A DNA stretch of 63,713 nt, filler included, from Octopus bimaculoides (taxonomy: Eukaryota), in assembly GCF_001194135.2 (NCBI RefSeq). It is 4 parts of 4 records of this genome, joined end to end, with 100 filler letters (N's around TTAATTAATTAA, not from the genome) between each part and the next. Parts side by side here need not be neighbours in the genome. Positions count along the whole stretch, not along the records: positions 31,123 to 54,852 come from NC_068984.1; 3 more parts are not named here. One strand, given 5' to 3'. The position numbers were made by a program, and so were the translations under genes. Positions 40,411 to 53,379 of this stretch are shown one piece after another. Numbering within the stretch: position 1 is the first letter of the stretch; every line of letters starts with the position of its first letter. The notes beneath the pieces were generated by a model that worked only from the letters and a program-made list of their open reading frames with translations, ran no database searches and had not been told where the DNA came from.

Positions 40411-41426
40411 GTTTGGAGGTGATGTACAGGAATTATATATTAGAAAAAATAATAAGGTACTCAGATATCTGGATGGTTGTATATATACAAATTTTTATTA
40501 ATATGTCACATGTTTTTATAAATTAGCGCTTGCATCTATTCTTGTAGATTCTCCAGATTTAATTTTTCTTGAGAGGATTTGTCTCTTTTTATAGTATTAT
40601 TGAATGTGTAGGGGTGGAGAGAGATATACAGGATAGTAAGAGAGGNNNNNNNNNNNNNNNNNNNNNNNNNNNNNNNNNNNNNNNNNNNNNNNNNNNNNNN
40701 NNNNNNNNNNNNNNNNNNNNNNNNNNNNNNNNNNNNNNNNNNNNNNNNNNNNNNNNNNNNNNNNNNNNNNNNNNNNNNNNNNNNNNNNNNNNNNNNNNNN
40801 NNNNNNNNNNNNNNNNNNNNNNNNNNNNNNNNNNNNNNNNNNNNNNNNNNNNNNNNNNNNNNNNNNNNNNNNNNNNNNNNNNNNNNNNNNNNNNNNNNNN
40901 NNNNNNNNNNNNNNNNNNNNNNNNNNNNNNNNNNNNNNNNNNNNNNNNNNNNNNNNNNNNNNNNNNNNNNNNNNNNNNNNNNNNNNNNNNNNNNNNNNNN
41001 NNNNNNNNNNNNNNNNNNNNNNNNNNNNNNNNNNNNNNNNNNNNNNNNNNNNNNNNNNNNNNNNNNNNNNNNNNNNNNNNNNNNNNNNNNNNNNNNNNNN
41101 NNNNNNNNNNNNNNNNNNNNNNNNNNNNNNNNNNNNNNNNNNNNNNNNNNNNNNNNNNNNNNNNNNNNNNNNNNNNNNNNNNNNNNNNNNNNNNNNNNNN
41201 NNNNNNNNNNNNNNNNNNNNNNNNNNNNNNNNNNNNNNNNNNNNNNNNNNNNNNNNNNNNNNNNNNNNNNNNNNNNNNNNNNNNNNNNNNNNNNNNNNNN
41301 NNNNNNNNNNNNNNNNNNNNNNNNNNNNNNNNNNNNNNNNNNNNNNNNNNNNNNNNNNNNNNNNNNNNNNNNNNNNNNNNNNNNNNNNNNNNNNNNNNNN
41401 NNNNNNNNNNNNNNNNNNNNNNNNNN

Positions 41427-41457
<31 letters not shown>

Positions 41458-41462
<5 letters not shown>

Positions 41463-41590
41463 AGAATTCACAAAAAGACAACAGACGAAGACAGGTGGTG
41501 TAGAAAACAAATAGATGTATTAGTATAACGCTCTGGAATTGAAAAAGTCTTTAATGTTTCGAGCCTACGCTCTTCCACAGAAAGGAACAC
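41458..41590 (-). mobile_element. Penelope-like terminal repeat remnant
   Basis: Reverse complement tggaaga-gcgtaggctc-gaaacatta is a decayed hammerhead-like core. Confidence 0.45.
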
Positions 41591-42219
41591 AGATATATAT
41601 ATATACCTGCATACATATACACATGCACATATATATGTAATTTCACTTTTGTGTGACAGGCTTCTTTCAATTTCCCTATATGATATTCACTCACATAACT
41701 TTGGTTCACCCAGTACTGTGACAGAAGATATTTGTCCAAAGTGGGATGAAGTGGAAACGAAACCGGCAAATACTTAATGATGTTCTTATTACTCTGAGTT
41801 TACTGCTCAATTAAGCAATTATGCATTTGCTAACACTTTACTCAACCCATGCAAAAGAAAACCATTTCAGAAATGTGTGTTTTGAAAGTTTAATTGCTAG
41901 CATTAGTAGGAAGTTCATAATAACATGTAGATCCTACATGAGTTTCTATCATGTTATTTATGTCCTTGAGCAAAGTATTTTATTTCATGTTGCTCCAGTT
42001 GACTCATCTGAAAATGAGTGCCAGAAACAGCTGGGTGCTAACCATGTTTGTGATAGACTGGTGTCTCATCCTTTGGGGAGTGTTGTATTCTCAGTGATTT
42101 AATGTCACAGAGGCTGTCATAAACTCAAACTTATTGAACTGCAACAAATGTAAAGATATATATATATATAATTCTAAGGAGAGGAAAACAAAATCAAGGC
42201 AGGACAAGCTTATCAGTTC

Positions 42220-42790
42220 ATAGGGAGAGTCATTAAGTCAATATAATTATCACACACACTGGTTCAATTCCATTCATTTATTACATATCCAATTGTTTTG
42301 TTTTTGTTTGTCAAAGCTCTTTCATTGCTTCTTGCAACCTTCTCAGTGACTATTGACTTAGTTCATAATAGAGGCCATGTTTGTTTGTGATTTTGTTGCC
42401 TTTTTGTATCTGATTTGCAAGATTCTTTATGTGAATTCATATGTTAAAACAAATTTTGTTGTGTCTAGGGGGGGTGGTCATTATGCCAATGTTATTAACA
42501 CACGCACTGGTTCAATTCCACTCTTTTATTATTAGTCAGTTGGTTAAACATCCAACTAACTAATCGACCATTTGTTTAATTTGGTTAAACAGTATGTCAT
42601 TTGTTTTGTTTTTGCTTGTCAAAGCTCTTTCATTGCTACCTGGAACATTTTCAATGATTTTTGACTTACAAATGACTTACTGTTTAACCAAATTAAAATA
42701 ACAATCGATTAATTAGTTGGATATTTAACCAACTGACTAATAATAAAAGAGTAAAATTGTGGCATAATGACTCTCCCTAGACACAAAATA
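42220..42790. repeat. Nested direct/inverted repeat structure, probably Penelope-derived
   Basis: About 73-bp inverted arms at 42521-42593 and 42679-42751; gggagagtcatta and taatgactctccc are inverted; direct repeats are built on cactggttcaattcca and tgtcaaagctctttcattgct. Confidence 0.75.
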
Positions 42791-42811
42791 TCTGTGTGTG
42801 TAACTATATGA

Positions 42812-42862
<51 letters not shown>

Positions 42863-42866
<4 letters not shown>

Positions 42867-43270
42867 TGGTCTTATCAATAAGTATCCAGATTGTTGCCAT
42901 AGTAATGAAACTAAAACATGATAAGTGAAGCTACTTGGCACAGATCGACCTTGAACTCTACTGTGCATGTGCACTAAGTTTTAACATTCTAGCTCACATC
43001 CATTGTCTACAGTAGTGCTTGGAAGGAACGTGTGTAGCATGTGATTGTTGCATTGACCATGACAGAAAGTTGAGCAGAGAATCTGCATCAAATTTTGCCA
43101 AAAGCTCGGCATTACCTGCTCAGAGGCCTACACAAAATTGCAGAAAGTGTACAGAGAGGAGTGCATGAGCTACACTCAAGTGTACAAGTGCTTCAGACAT
43201 TTTCAAGATGGCCCAAAAAATTCCGGTAGTGACAAACCTTTTGGGAGACCCACAACCAGCAGAACTGAGT
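42863..43270 (+). mobile_element. Mariner 5' portion, truncated
   Basis: EQRICIKFCQKLG…KLQKVY…MSYTQVYKCFRHFQDG…GRPTTS, a mariner helix-turn-helix N-terminus. Confidence 0.87.
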
Positions 43271-43288
43271 CATGTGTGCATGTGTATA

Positions 43289-43333
<45 letters not shown>

Positions 43334-44064
43334 NNNNNNNNNNNNNNNNNNNNNNNNNNNNNNNNNNNNNNNNNNNNNNNNNNNNNNNNNNNNNNNNNNN
43401 NNNNNNNNNNNNNNNNNNNNNNNNNNNNNNNNNNNNNNNNNNNNNNNNNNNNNNNNNNNNNNNNNNNNNNNNNNNNNNNNNNNNNNNNNNNNNNNNNNNN
43501 NNNNNNNNNNNNNNNNNNNNNNNNNNNNNNNNNNNNNNNNNNNNNNNNNNNNNNNNNNNNNNNNNNNNNNNNNNNNNNNNNNNNNNNNNNNNNNNNNNNN
43601 NNNNNNNNNNNNNNNNNNNNNNNNNNNNNNNNNNNNNNNNNNNNNNNNNNNNNNNNNNNNNNNNNNNNNNNNNNNNNNNNNNNNNNNNNNNNNNNNNNNN
43701 NNNNNNNNNNNNNNNNNNNNNNNNNNNNNNNNNNNNNNNNNNNNNNNNNNNNNNNNNNNNNNNNNNNNNNNNNNNNNNNNNNNNNNNNNNNNNNNNNNNN
43801 NNNNNNNNNNNNNNNNNNNNNNNNNNNNNNNNNNNNNNNNNNNNNNNNNNNNNNNNNNNNNNNNNNNGGGTTATGATTATTTTTGGCATAACCTCACTCA
43901 TAACCCCAACCCTAACTCTAAAACCCGAACCCTAACCCTAAACTAGAGTTTGATTTGAAGAAGATTTGGCTGCTATTTCTAGGAAATGAAGCACTTGGTG
44001 GAGGTGAATTAATAATTCTGCCAGCTCCAATAACAAGTGCAGGCAATATTCAAGTATTTTGATG

Positions 44065-44340
44065 GCTTTTTCCCCTTTGTTTACGAACAATCTAGTTAAT
44101 CGGAAATGTCAGAACTAACGGGGATTAATACCATATACACCGTCACAGCACTAACTGTATTCAACTGAATAGACGTCAGTGATTAATTGAAATTATCGAA
44201 ATAAGACAATTTTTAACGTGAAATAAATTCCAATACAAAAATTTTTATCTGTTCTGTACCACAAAATATACAAGTATACGAAGTTTGAAAGTGTTTCGGT
44301 ACCAAAAACATTACATAAAAAAATGTTGCCCGTCAAACCA
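44065..44340. mobile_element. CpG-retaining interspersed repeat, possibly a young MITE
   Basis: Locally high CpG inside an otherwise CpG-poor scaffold. Class uncertain. Confidence 0.3.
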
Positions 44341-45350
44341 CAAAGATCCCCGATTCATTCAACTAAAAGTTTTTCAAGGTGGTGCCCCAGCATGTCCATA
44401 GTCTAATAAGTGAAACAAGTAAAAACTAAAAAATACACACATATGTGTGTATAAACATTCACATTTATATCCATTCACACACATGCACAGAAACCCTTTT
44501 TAAATGATATAGCTATTTTTAATGCTCTTTATTAGTCTAGTATGATGTTGATGACGGTAATGATAACTACTTTTGTTGTTTTAGAATTCTTTATTTATTT
44601 ACTGTTATAAATTTATCCTCTAATATTCTCCATTAGATGATAATGATAAAAATGATAAAATTTGATAATGACCAACTTACAAATTCTAGTATAGTTCTGT
44701 TATTTGTTTTTGTAAGTGTATTTATAAATTGATCAATTTATTGATATGATTTTTTTTTTATATTCTTTACAGTCTATTCTTCTTCATGTATTTCACATTC
44801 CCACCTTCTCCTATGGCCCTGATGAACTGTCCCAGTGTAATAGACTTTGACAGGTTTATCACTTTATATACTTTTCATTTCAAAAAATAGCCTTTCCTCA
44901 CCTCCTCATTCTCTCTTTCTCCACCCTCTCTATCACTTTCTACCCAGAGAACAGCTGATCTACCTTCTCCCATGGTAACTTGGTGTGTTCAGTTATCAGC
45001 CCAGGCTCTGCTGCTCATCAGGCTGACAAAAGCAAACTGTCAAAGTTTATGGTCAAGCATGTAGCAGTGGAAACCTCCAGTGTTCTCAGCCCCCCCCCCC
45101 CGAACCACATCCCTGCTCACTGCTATCAGGGCAGAGATGGTTAAATACTAGTGCAAACCCCATAAGTCAGACTGGCTGTTCCAGCACATCTCCCACACCT
45201 TCCTCAGGGGCAACACCTTTTCCATTTTGTCTGCTGAAACCATGAGGTGGTCTGAAAGATTTTTATAACCCCTCACTCCACTTACTGATCTCCCTCATCC
45301 TTAACAACACCATTTTGCACCGGCATCCTTGCACTCTACATTCTTTACAG

Positions 45351-45819
45351 ACCTTAAATCCCCAAGTATAGTCCGCCCTTGAGTATAATACGCAGGTGAT
45401 TTTTTTGGGAGCTGTACCTCTGAAAAACCTAAACCTTGTGTATAATACGCATCCTCTTCTCTAACTTGAGTCAAGGAGGTCTATATAACGTCCTTGGTTT
45501 GTAAACATATATACGGTAACGTCCTTTATTATTATTGTATATATATAACATAATGCAAACGTGTAGCTTTTTTGTGCACTTTGTTTGCAGAAAGTAAAGA
45601 AATAACAGTAATAATGTCAGTGAAAAATAAATATAGCTTAAGGTATTTTCGTGTCCGACATCACAAAATGCGTCTGAATAAACATTACCGGACAGCAAAT
45701 AGAGACTCAGACATTGCTTAGAAACTATTTTTCATTTTTAACCTCATATATAGTACACACTAGGGATTTTGACCATTAAATTTTGGGAAAAATGCAGATT
45801 ATACTTGAGGATTTACAGT
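45351..45819. mobile_element. Tc1/mariner-superfamily (pogo/Tc2-like) MITE
   Basis: Imperfect TIRs: cttaaatccccaagtatagtccgc versus reverse complement ctgtaaatcctcaagtataatctgc. Confidence 0.65.
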
Positions 45820-46756
45820 GCCAATGGGTTTCACAGTTTACTGGCCAGTCATTTGTTAGATAAAGATAAATACTTAACCACAACGCTGCCACTATACAAT
45901 ATAAATCCTAGATTTCCATGATTTTATTGCACTCAGATGAATTCCAACGGAAACGAAGCATGATAAGTCATTTATGCTCTCTCATTTAACTAAACAACTA
46001 CAAATATATATACATGTGCATATGTGTGTGTACGTATATATAAGAAAAGGCATTGAATTTTAGAGTCGCTAGAACAGTGGACAGAATGTCTTAAAGCATT
46101 TATTCCCATTCTCCATTCTTTGAGGTCAACTTTGCCATTAATTTTTGGGGAATTGATAAATAAAGTACCAATCCATTATAGTGAATTATTGGAACGTTTA
46201 GAGCATTGGACAAGAAACTTTGCATTAGCTGTTGCTCCCGCTTACATTCTGAGTTCAAATTGCGCTTCTGTCCACAGATCTCTTTCTGTCAGGAAATGAG
46301 ATTTTCCGACCTTGGCTTACAGTGATAGGTCTTCATTGTGTGAAGGAGCAACATGTTGCTTCAAGCAACATCTTCATAGGTTTCATAAAATAATTGGTCC
46401 TTGCACAAGCAGTATTTTACATTTATGTTATCTGTATATTGGTGGGTGGGTGACCTATGGTGCATAGTGGTGGTGGTAGGGCATGTGTCTGTGTATTGGG
46501 GGTATGATGTGTGTGGGAGTGTTTATAATGGCATTTTTGTGTATTTGCATGTATATGCACATATGTTTGTCTGCATGTGTGCATATATCTATTTGTGTGT
46601 ATGTGTCTCTGTTTATATGTTGGTTTGTGTATACATGCATGTGCATGTATATATATGTGTGTGTGTGTGTATAAATATATGAGCTTAATAAACATCACGT
46701 ACAAGACCCTCAGCTTTTGAGTCACTTTTGTTACTTTTAACCAGTTAAAAATATAA

Positions 46757-46790
<34 letters not shown>

Positions 46791-47255
46791 ACGTGTGTGT
46801 GTGTGTGTGTGCACGTGTGTGCGTGCATGTGTTTGTGAAAGCAGGAATTTATTTTGGCACATAACATGACTGTTTTATTATCCATCCATTGTTTTATCAT
46901 CATTTCATCAATCGTTCAATGTTTCATATCTGTATCTGCCTATCATCTATTTATCCATTTATTTGTCCATCCGTCCATCCATTCATTCATCCATCCCACT
47001 ATGTATCTATCTGTCTGTCTATCTATCTATCTATATTCATATGCAGGCACAAGCACATACAAACAAATACATGAATCAACCAATGCACACATACACCCAC
47101 GCATGTTTGATATATCCACCACTGTGTGTTTGTCTGTGTGTGTGTGCTATAATCTCATTAACTAGCAGTACATACACAAAATGTGTAGGAGTAAATCTGT
47201 CTGCCCGTCTGTTTGTGTATCTGTGTATATACAGCAAATACAGTAGTATATCCAT

Positions 47256-47313
<58 letters not shown>

Positions 47314-48079
47314 TTGTTTTTATTCCCTTTGCATGCAAAAAGTGCATCAGGCAGGTATGCATGCACATGCTTGCAGGTACATTTTCCTTATTGCTTTTGT
47401 ATCTAATAATTGATGATGATGGTGGCGGTGGTGAGGAGGATGACTGCATGTGTAAAAATAGATCATGTGTGTATATGCCTATATTTGTATGTGCATGTTT
47501 ATATATATATATACATATATATATGTTTGTATGTGCATGCATGTTACTGCAGCAAGCAGTGCATACAGCATACTTAAATATATGTTATGCCCCTATTAGT
47601 AATTATATGTGCATGTGTGTGTGTGTGTGTGTGTAATATGTATGTGTGTACATGTGCATTTGTACATGTGTAATGTACATACAGAGCAAATACATAACAT
47701 GTATTTGGAATCTATACATTGTACATGAACATGTATATATGTATATATACATGTATATACACAAAAATGCATGCATGTATGCACCACCACTACCACACAC
47801 ACATGTGGACTTATATATATGTGTGTGTCTGAGATGAGTTCTTCTTAATAAGATTATAAATTTTCAGCTTGTTAGCATTTGTTTCGATTGTTACTTGAGA
47901 TATAAATAACACACAATACTTTCTTGTCCAATAAAATTCTGAAAAATTATAATCATATGTGTGTTTGTGTGTGTGAGTTTGTGTGTGTGAGTTTGTGTGT
48001 GTGTGTTTGTGTGTTTGTGTGTGTGTGTTTGTGTATGTATGTGTGTGTGTGGTGTGTGTGTGCTGTGTGTGTGTATGAC

Positions 48080-48607
48080 AGATTCATAGTTAACTGTTAA
48101 AAGGGGAAAAAGGATGCCTTGGAGAGAGGTAACTACATGAGTATCAAATTGTTGGATCCTGTCATGAAAGTCTCAGAAAGAGTCACATCTTAATTAGTTA
48201 AAGAAAATGTTGATTAGATGAGATGCAGATCAGTTTTGAACTGGAAAGAAATACTACTGATGTCATCTTCATAAATGAGTACGTGAAGTACATAGCTAAG
48301 AGTAAATTGCTATGAAGCACATAGCTATGAGTAAACTACTGTAACTAGCATTCATCAGTATGGAGACAGCATTCAACAGAGTCCCTTGCTTAGTGATATG
48401 GTGGGCACAGAGGATGCTGGGAGTAGGTAAATGGCTAGTGAGAGCTGTATAAGCTAAGTAGTAGGGTTGTTGTTAACAAGGTAAGAGTAATGACCATAGT
48501 GATGAATTTAGTGTACAGGGAGTGGTCCATCAGGGCTCAGTGTTCAGTACCCTTCTATTAATCAGAGCCCTCCAGGCCATAACACAAGAGTTTAAGAATG
48601 GATGTCT
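48080..48607 (+). mobile_element. RTE-BovB-like LINE RT fragment
   Basis: KDALERGNYMSIKLLDPVMKVSERV; VHQGSVFSTLLLIRALQAITQEFKNGC. Confidence 0.85.
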
Positions 48608-49242
48608 TTGTGTATGTGCATGTATGCATATAGATATAAGAGTGTTTGTGTATTTGCGTACATACATGCCTTTTGTGTGTATCTACATGCATATTTGCTT
48701 GTATAAATATCTCTATCACTATACAAGGCTGTACTATGTTGAAGTACAATTCACCCAATGAGTTTCTATATTGCTTACATCTACACGCTTTCATTCACAA
48801 AGTATGGAGCAACCCCAAAATATAAAAATAGACATTTGCCATACAACTGGGCACTCATGGTTGTGAAGAAAACTTTTTAACCATTCATCCATACTGTATC
48901 TACATGTAAACAGACACATGAGTGCCAGCAGCAGATGTATCAGTGTGGTTAAGGAATTTGCTTTACTTCTGTGTGGTTCCAGGTTCAGTTTCACTGATTC
49001 TGCCTGAGGATTATGTTAAGGATACAACTTCTTTTCTATAGAATGCTCACCCACTTACACAGTAATTCAGGAGCAGGTAATCCTGTCGATTAAACAACTG
49101 AAACCCCCCCCCACACACACACACACACTTCGCTTAAGCATTGAGACTAGTAACCTGGTGTACAACTCAATATACATATGCTTCTGAACAAAGCATTATT
49201 CGAGTACAGAGCAGTAATAAGGAAATGAAATAACAAAGGAAT

Positions 49243-49428
49243 TTAGCTTATGAATTTCATTAGCTTACAGTTGTTTCTGGTATAAGATGCAGTAGACTTC
49301 ATCATTATCATTCTCAATATCCTCATCAGAGCCTTGAATATTCAAGGCTCAGATGTTACTCATACCCTCAAGTATGAGTCCACTGCATCTTATTGCAGAA
49401 ACAGCTGTAAGCTAATGAAGTTCATAAC
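49243..49428. mobile_element. Palindromic element with about 50-bp inverted arms and hammerhead-like cores
   Basis: atgaatttcattagcttacagttgtttctgg…gcagtagact is mirrored by agtccactgc…agaaacagctgtaagctaatgaagttcat. Central perfect palindrome gagccttgaatattcaaggctc. Confidence 0.8.
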
Positions 49429-51737
49429 ATAATTGTTTATTCCATTGTCATCTCATTCTTTTATATATATACAGAGAGATAAACTGATTGATCAATTGAT
49501 TTAATATAAAAGTTATAGTTCCTTCTAGCTTGCATCATTCTTTGTTAGTTTCATGTCTCTGTTCATAGACATTCTTCATTCAAAGTAGTCTGGTAGATTG
49601 AATATTTTCCCACTTCATTTTAGTCATGTAGATTAACTTCTCATTTGTGTTGAATATGACGTGGTGGTCTACAGACTATCTGCTTGATTAAAAAATTTTT
49701 TTTTTTTTTACATTTAATCTAATTCAATAAAACTTTGTTAAGTTTATTAAAAGAGTATTCATTTTCATACAAACATTTAGAGATTAACTCTGAGTTCCTA
49801 TTTAAAATGTCTTGTTTTGTTGCAGATGAAATTTTTCTCATCATTAATTTGCACAAGGAGTGTACTTGAGGCTGAAGTTCATTATAGACCAGATGTTATT
49901 AAAGATGTCGAAATTATTTTTATCTTTTCATTTCCATATATGATGTGAGAATGGTGTACTGTCTCTTCTGTTTATGTGTCTAAAGATAAACATAAGGCTA
50001 ATTTACTTCACACATTTCAGTGTAAGGTTAAGGGAGTCAGTATCTTTTTTAGAGACATAAGATTGCAGCATGATGAACTAAAGATTCCGGCTTCATATAC
50101 ACGCACTCACTTATGCACACATGCAAGCATACACACACACACGTGCATGCATACACACACATGCTCACTCTTACACAGATATGCTCACACACACACACTC
50201 TCTCTCTCTCTCACACACACATTAGAAATGAGGTGGATAGCTTGTGGATTCTATGTCTTTTCCTCATGAAAAGTATAACACTCAACAGGCAAATAACAGG
50301 TGACATCTGATTAAGAGCTATACAGACTTATAGATACAAAGTAATACGAACAAGGAAAGTATAGAAAGCTGAAGGTTTCCTCAGCTATCCTTAATATCAA
50401 ATACTGATACATATGACTAGAAGAGGGTGAAGATAAAAACCTGTAGCATAGCAAATAATTGGGATTTTCTTCCAAACAATCTGCCTCTTACCACAGAATA
50501 GGTCTGTGGATGGAGAAAGATTTCCTGAGTTACATGCACTGCGGCTTCATTTTTTTATAGAAAAAAATATAATCTATTCTATAAAATAAATAAAAACTAA
50601 TATTAAGGAGTAGGCCAATTAGTTTATTTCTTCTGAATTAAATAGATTTGATTAGTTATTATCTTTGTTTTACTTTAAAGATTTATTGTTAAAAAATTAA
50701 ATGATAAAAAAGAAATGAAATTGAAAAAGAAAAATGAAAAGCAGAAATTTTTTAAAGTTATAAATTGTTCAATTAAACTCTAATTCTATCTGTTATATGT
50801 TATTGTTTTATGTATAATTATTATAATGATTTAGTTGTTCTTCACCACCATCACTACCTCCTCTTCCTCCTCCTCCTCCTCATCATCATCATTTTTATCA
50901 TCATCATTATCATCATCATTATTATTATTCAATTTATTAATATTGCTGTTTGATGTGATTTTGAGATTTTTTTCCTGTTTTTGAAGTATTTTTAAATCAA
51001 AAGCCACCTACCCAAAACTAATTTGTCAGTTATTGAATTAATTTGAACTGGATTATAATGTTGAAAATTATGTAAATTGAGAAAAATTAGTAGAGCATCA
51101 CATAACTATGGCCTTAGTTCAAATCCCACTGAGGTGAAACATAGCCTTCATCTCTTTCTGAGTCATTGAAAATGAAGTACCAGTCATCTACTGGAGTTGA
51201 TTTAACTGTCAGTGTCTTTGTCAAAATTGCTGGCATTGTGCCAATGTTTTTGTTTTTCTAATTATTTTCATTATTATTTAGGGTGGTGAATCAGTAGAAT
51301 TGTTAAAACAAAGGTAAAATGCTTTGTAGTATTCATTCCAGTACTTTTCATCATTGAAAGGAGGCTGAAAGTTGTGAAAATGGCAAGAGTGGATGATACC
51401 TGACTAAGTGTAGACCTGTGAGTTAGAGAGAAGGAATTGGAAAGGGCACTTGCACCTGAGGTTTCAGGGAAATCTCAGGCAGTGGGGTTCCTCAATTATC
51501 CCTAGAGGCCTTCCTCTATCATCCTCCCAGCCACTTTTTTTTTTTATAAACCTTTGTATGCTATGCTTATGTCCCTTCTTTTTCAGTGTATACTATGTAT
51601 ACTTTCTTTCTTACCTTTTCTTTATATCATTTCATTATGTAAACCCCCACACTTTATATTTGTGTTTGTATTGTCCCTCTCATCCTTTGCCCTTGTGGCA
51701 AATAAGTGAAATCATTATTACTATTATTTTTTTTTTT

Positions 51738-52003
51738 ATCACAGGTTATGTTGGAACTCCTGGAGTCTTGCATGCATAGTGGGCTTGCTACCTGCAGCCA
51801 ACAGTACCATGCTATCCGTTCTTTTCAGCTTTCTAATACTTTCCTGATTATTCTGGCCATGCCAAGAAGGCAGACCTTTTGTAACAGATCTACTGGGCAC
51901 CCTATTCCAATTACCTTTATATTCCTCTTGATGCTTTCTGATACTCTCCCCAAGGACCCAACAATAATCAGTATTACCTTCACTTTCTTCATTTTCCATA
52001 GCC
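51738..52003 (-). mobile_element. R4/Dong 3' end inserted in an (AAT)n tract
   Basis: RLWKMKKVKVILIIVGSLG…LLQKVCLLGMARIIRKVLES. (AAT)n lies at the 5' junction (52005-52040) and AAT-rich sequence at the 3' junction. Confidence 0.85.
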
Positions 52004-52042
<39 letters not shown>

Positions 52043-52519
52043 GGTAGCGAGCAGGCAGAATTGCTAGCACACCAGTCAAAATGCTTAAAAGTATTTCTCC
52101 CAACTTTATATTCTCAGTTCAAAATCCACTTTGGTTGACTTTACCTTTCATCCTTACTGCGTCGATAAAAAAATACAGTCAGCTACTGATGGCCAACGAA
52201 CCAATTATTATTTTCTCTAAGAATCTGTCCCCTTTTACCTATGTTAGAAATCAATATTGGTATTAGTATTTAATTATGACCCTCTGTGCTCTGAAATTCT
52301 TTCGCACTCATCAGTTTTTACCTGATCTATCTTAATAATGCAAATTGCTATTAACCAAAAATCTTTATAACTTTTTTCTCTGTGTATTGTTAACTGGTTA
52401 ACAATACATACCAATACATAAATTGTTAACTGGTTAAAGTAGATCTTAGTAGGCTATATTGTATTGATGAGGTCTCATAATATTGAAACATGTCTACAGT
52501 TGTTCCACTTGCCTACAAT

Positions 52520-52770
52520 GATCAAATTTTCTCTAAGCATGTGAATTAATTTCATAAAATTTATTCCTAATTTCTTGAAATTATTTCCTTCTTTGTCTTC
52601 CTGACATTTATCTTGAGGTTCTTGTTTTCTTTCTCCAACTAAATGGAAAATTCCAGTGAACTGAAATTTTTAATTTTTTTTTTTTGTTGCATATGTAATT
52701 CAGCACATTGCCATCCTGCTGACATACATGTAGCATTGTCTTGTAACAATAGTTGTATCATTTTTACCTG
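52520..52770 (-). mobile_element. Old RTE LINE RT remnant
   Basis: KMIQLLLQDNATCMSAG aligns to the recalled RTE segment KIMQETLHDHHTSISIGG; KINVRKTK follows. Confidence 0.55.
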
Positions 52771-52959
52771 TGCTGGTTAAGGCAGAGGAAGGAGGGATAG
52801 TACTCATGATCTTCGAAGGGTTTCTAAGATTGATGGGGAAGAAAGGCCAATAGAAACCACAATCTATGGGTTACTGTATTAGGAAACTAACGCATGATAC
52901 CAGGTTATTCATAAATCTAAGACCTGATTTGAATGTCTGCAATAGAATGGATTTCACTG

Positions 52960-53270
52960 ATCATCATCATCATCATCATCATTTAATGTCCACTTTCCAT
53001 GTTGGCATGGGTTAAACAGTTTGACTAGAACTGGTAAGATAGAGAGCTGCATTCAGTTCCAATCTGATTTGGTTTGGTTTCTATGGCTGGATGCCCTTCC
53101 TAATGCCAACCACTCCAAGAGTGTAATGGGTGCTTTTTATGCACCATCGGCTTGAGTGCTCTTTATGTGCCACCAGCAGGGGTCTCATTTACATGACACT
53201 GACAATGGCCATGACAACGATTTCACAGGTACCATTTACATGACCCTGGTAATGGCCACAACTACGATTT
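52960..53270 (-). mobile_element. RTE-type 3' end with (GAT)n tail
   Basis: (atc)n-tttaatgtccactttccatgttggcatgggtt…ggctggatgcccttcctaatgccaacc. Confidence 0.65.
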
Positions 53271-53379
53271 GTGATGGACCCTAAAAATCAGGTGAGAGTG
53301 TTAACACCAGGTAATATATTAAATCTACCACCTAAAAGGAATTTAAATCTGTATCTTCTAAAAATTATTGTATCTTGTG

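Noticed and set aside
43899-43942. Degenerate (CCCTAA)n
   Set aside because: Too short and impure for a telomere; such runs are common inside transposon ends.
52513-52767. Apparent minus-strand exons (FTGIFHLVGERKQEPQDK…; VKMIQLLLQDNAT, ankyrin-like)
   Set aside because: Better explained as an RTE reverse-transcriptase remnant. It shows how easily false exons arise here.
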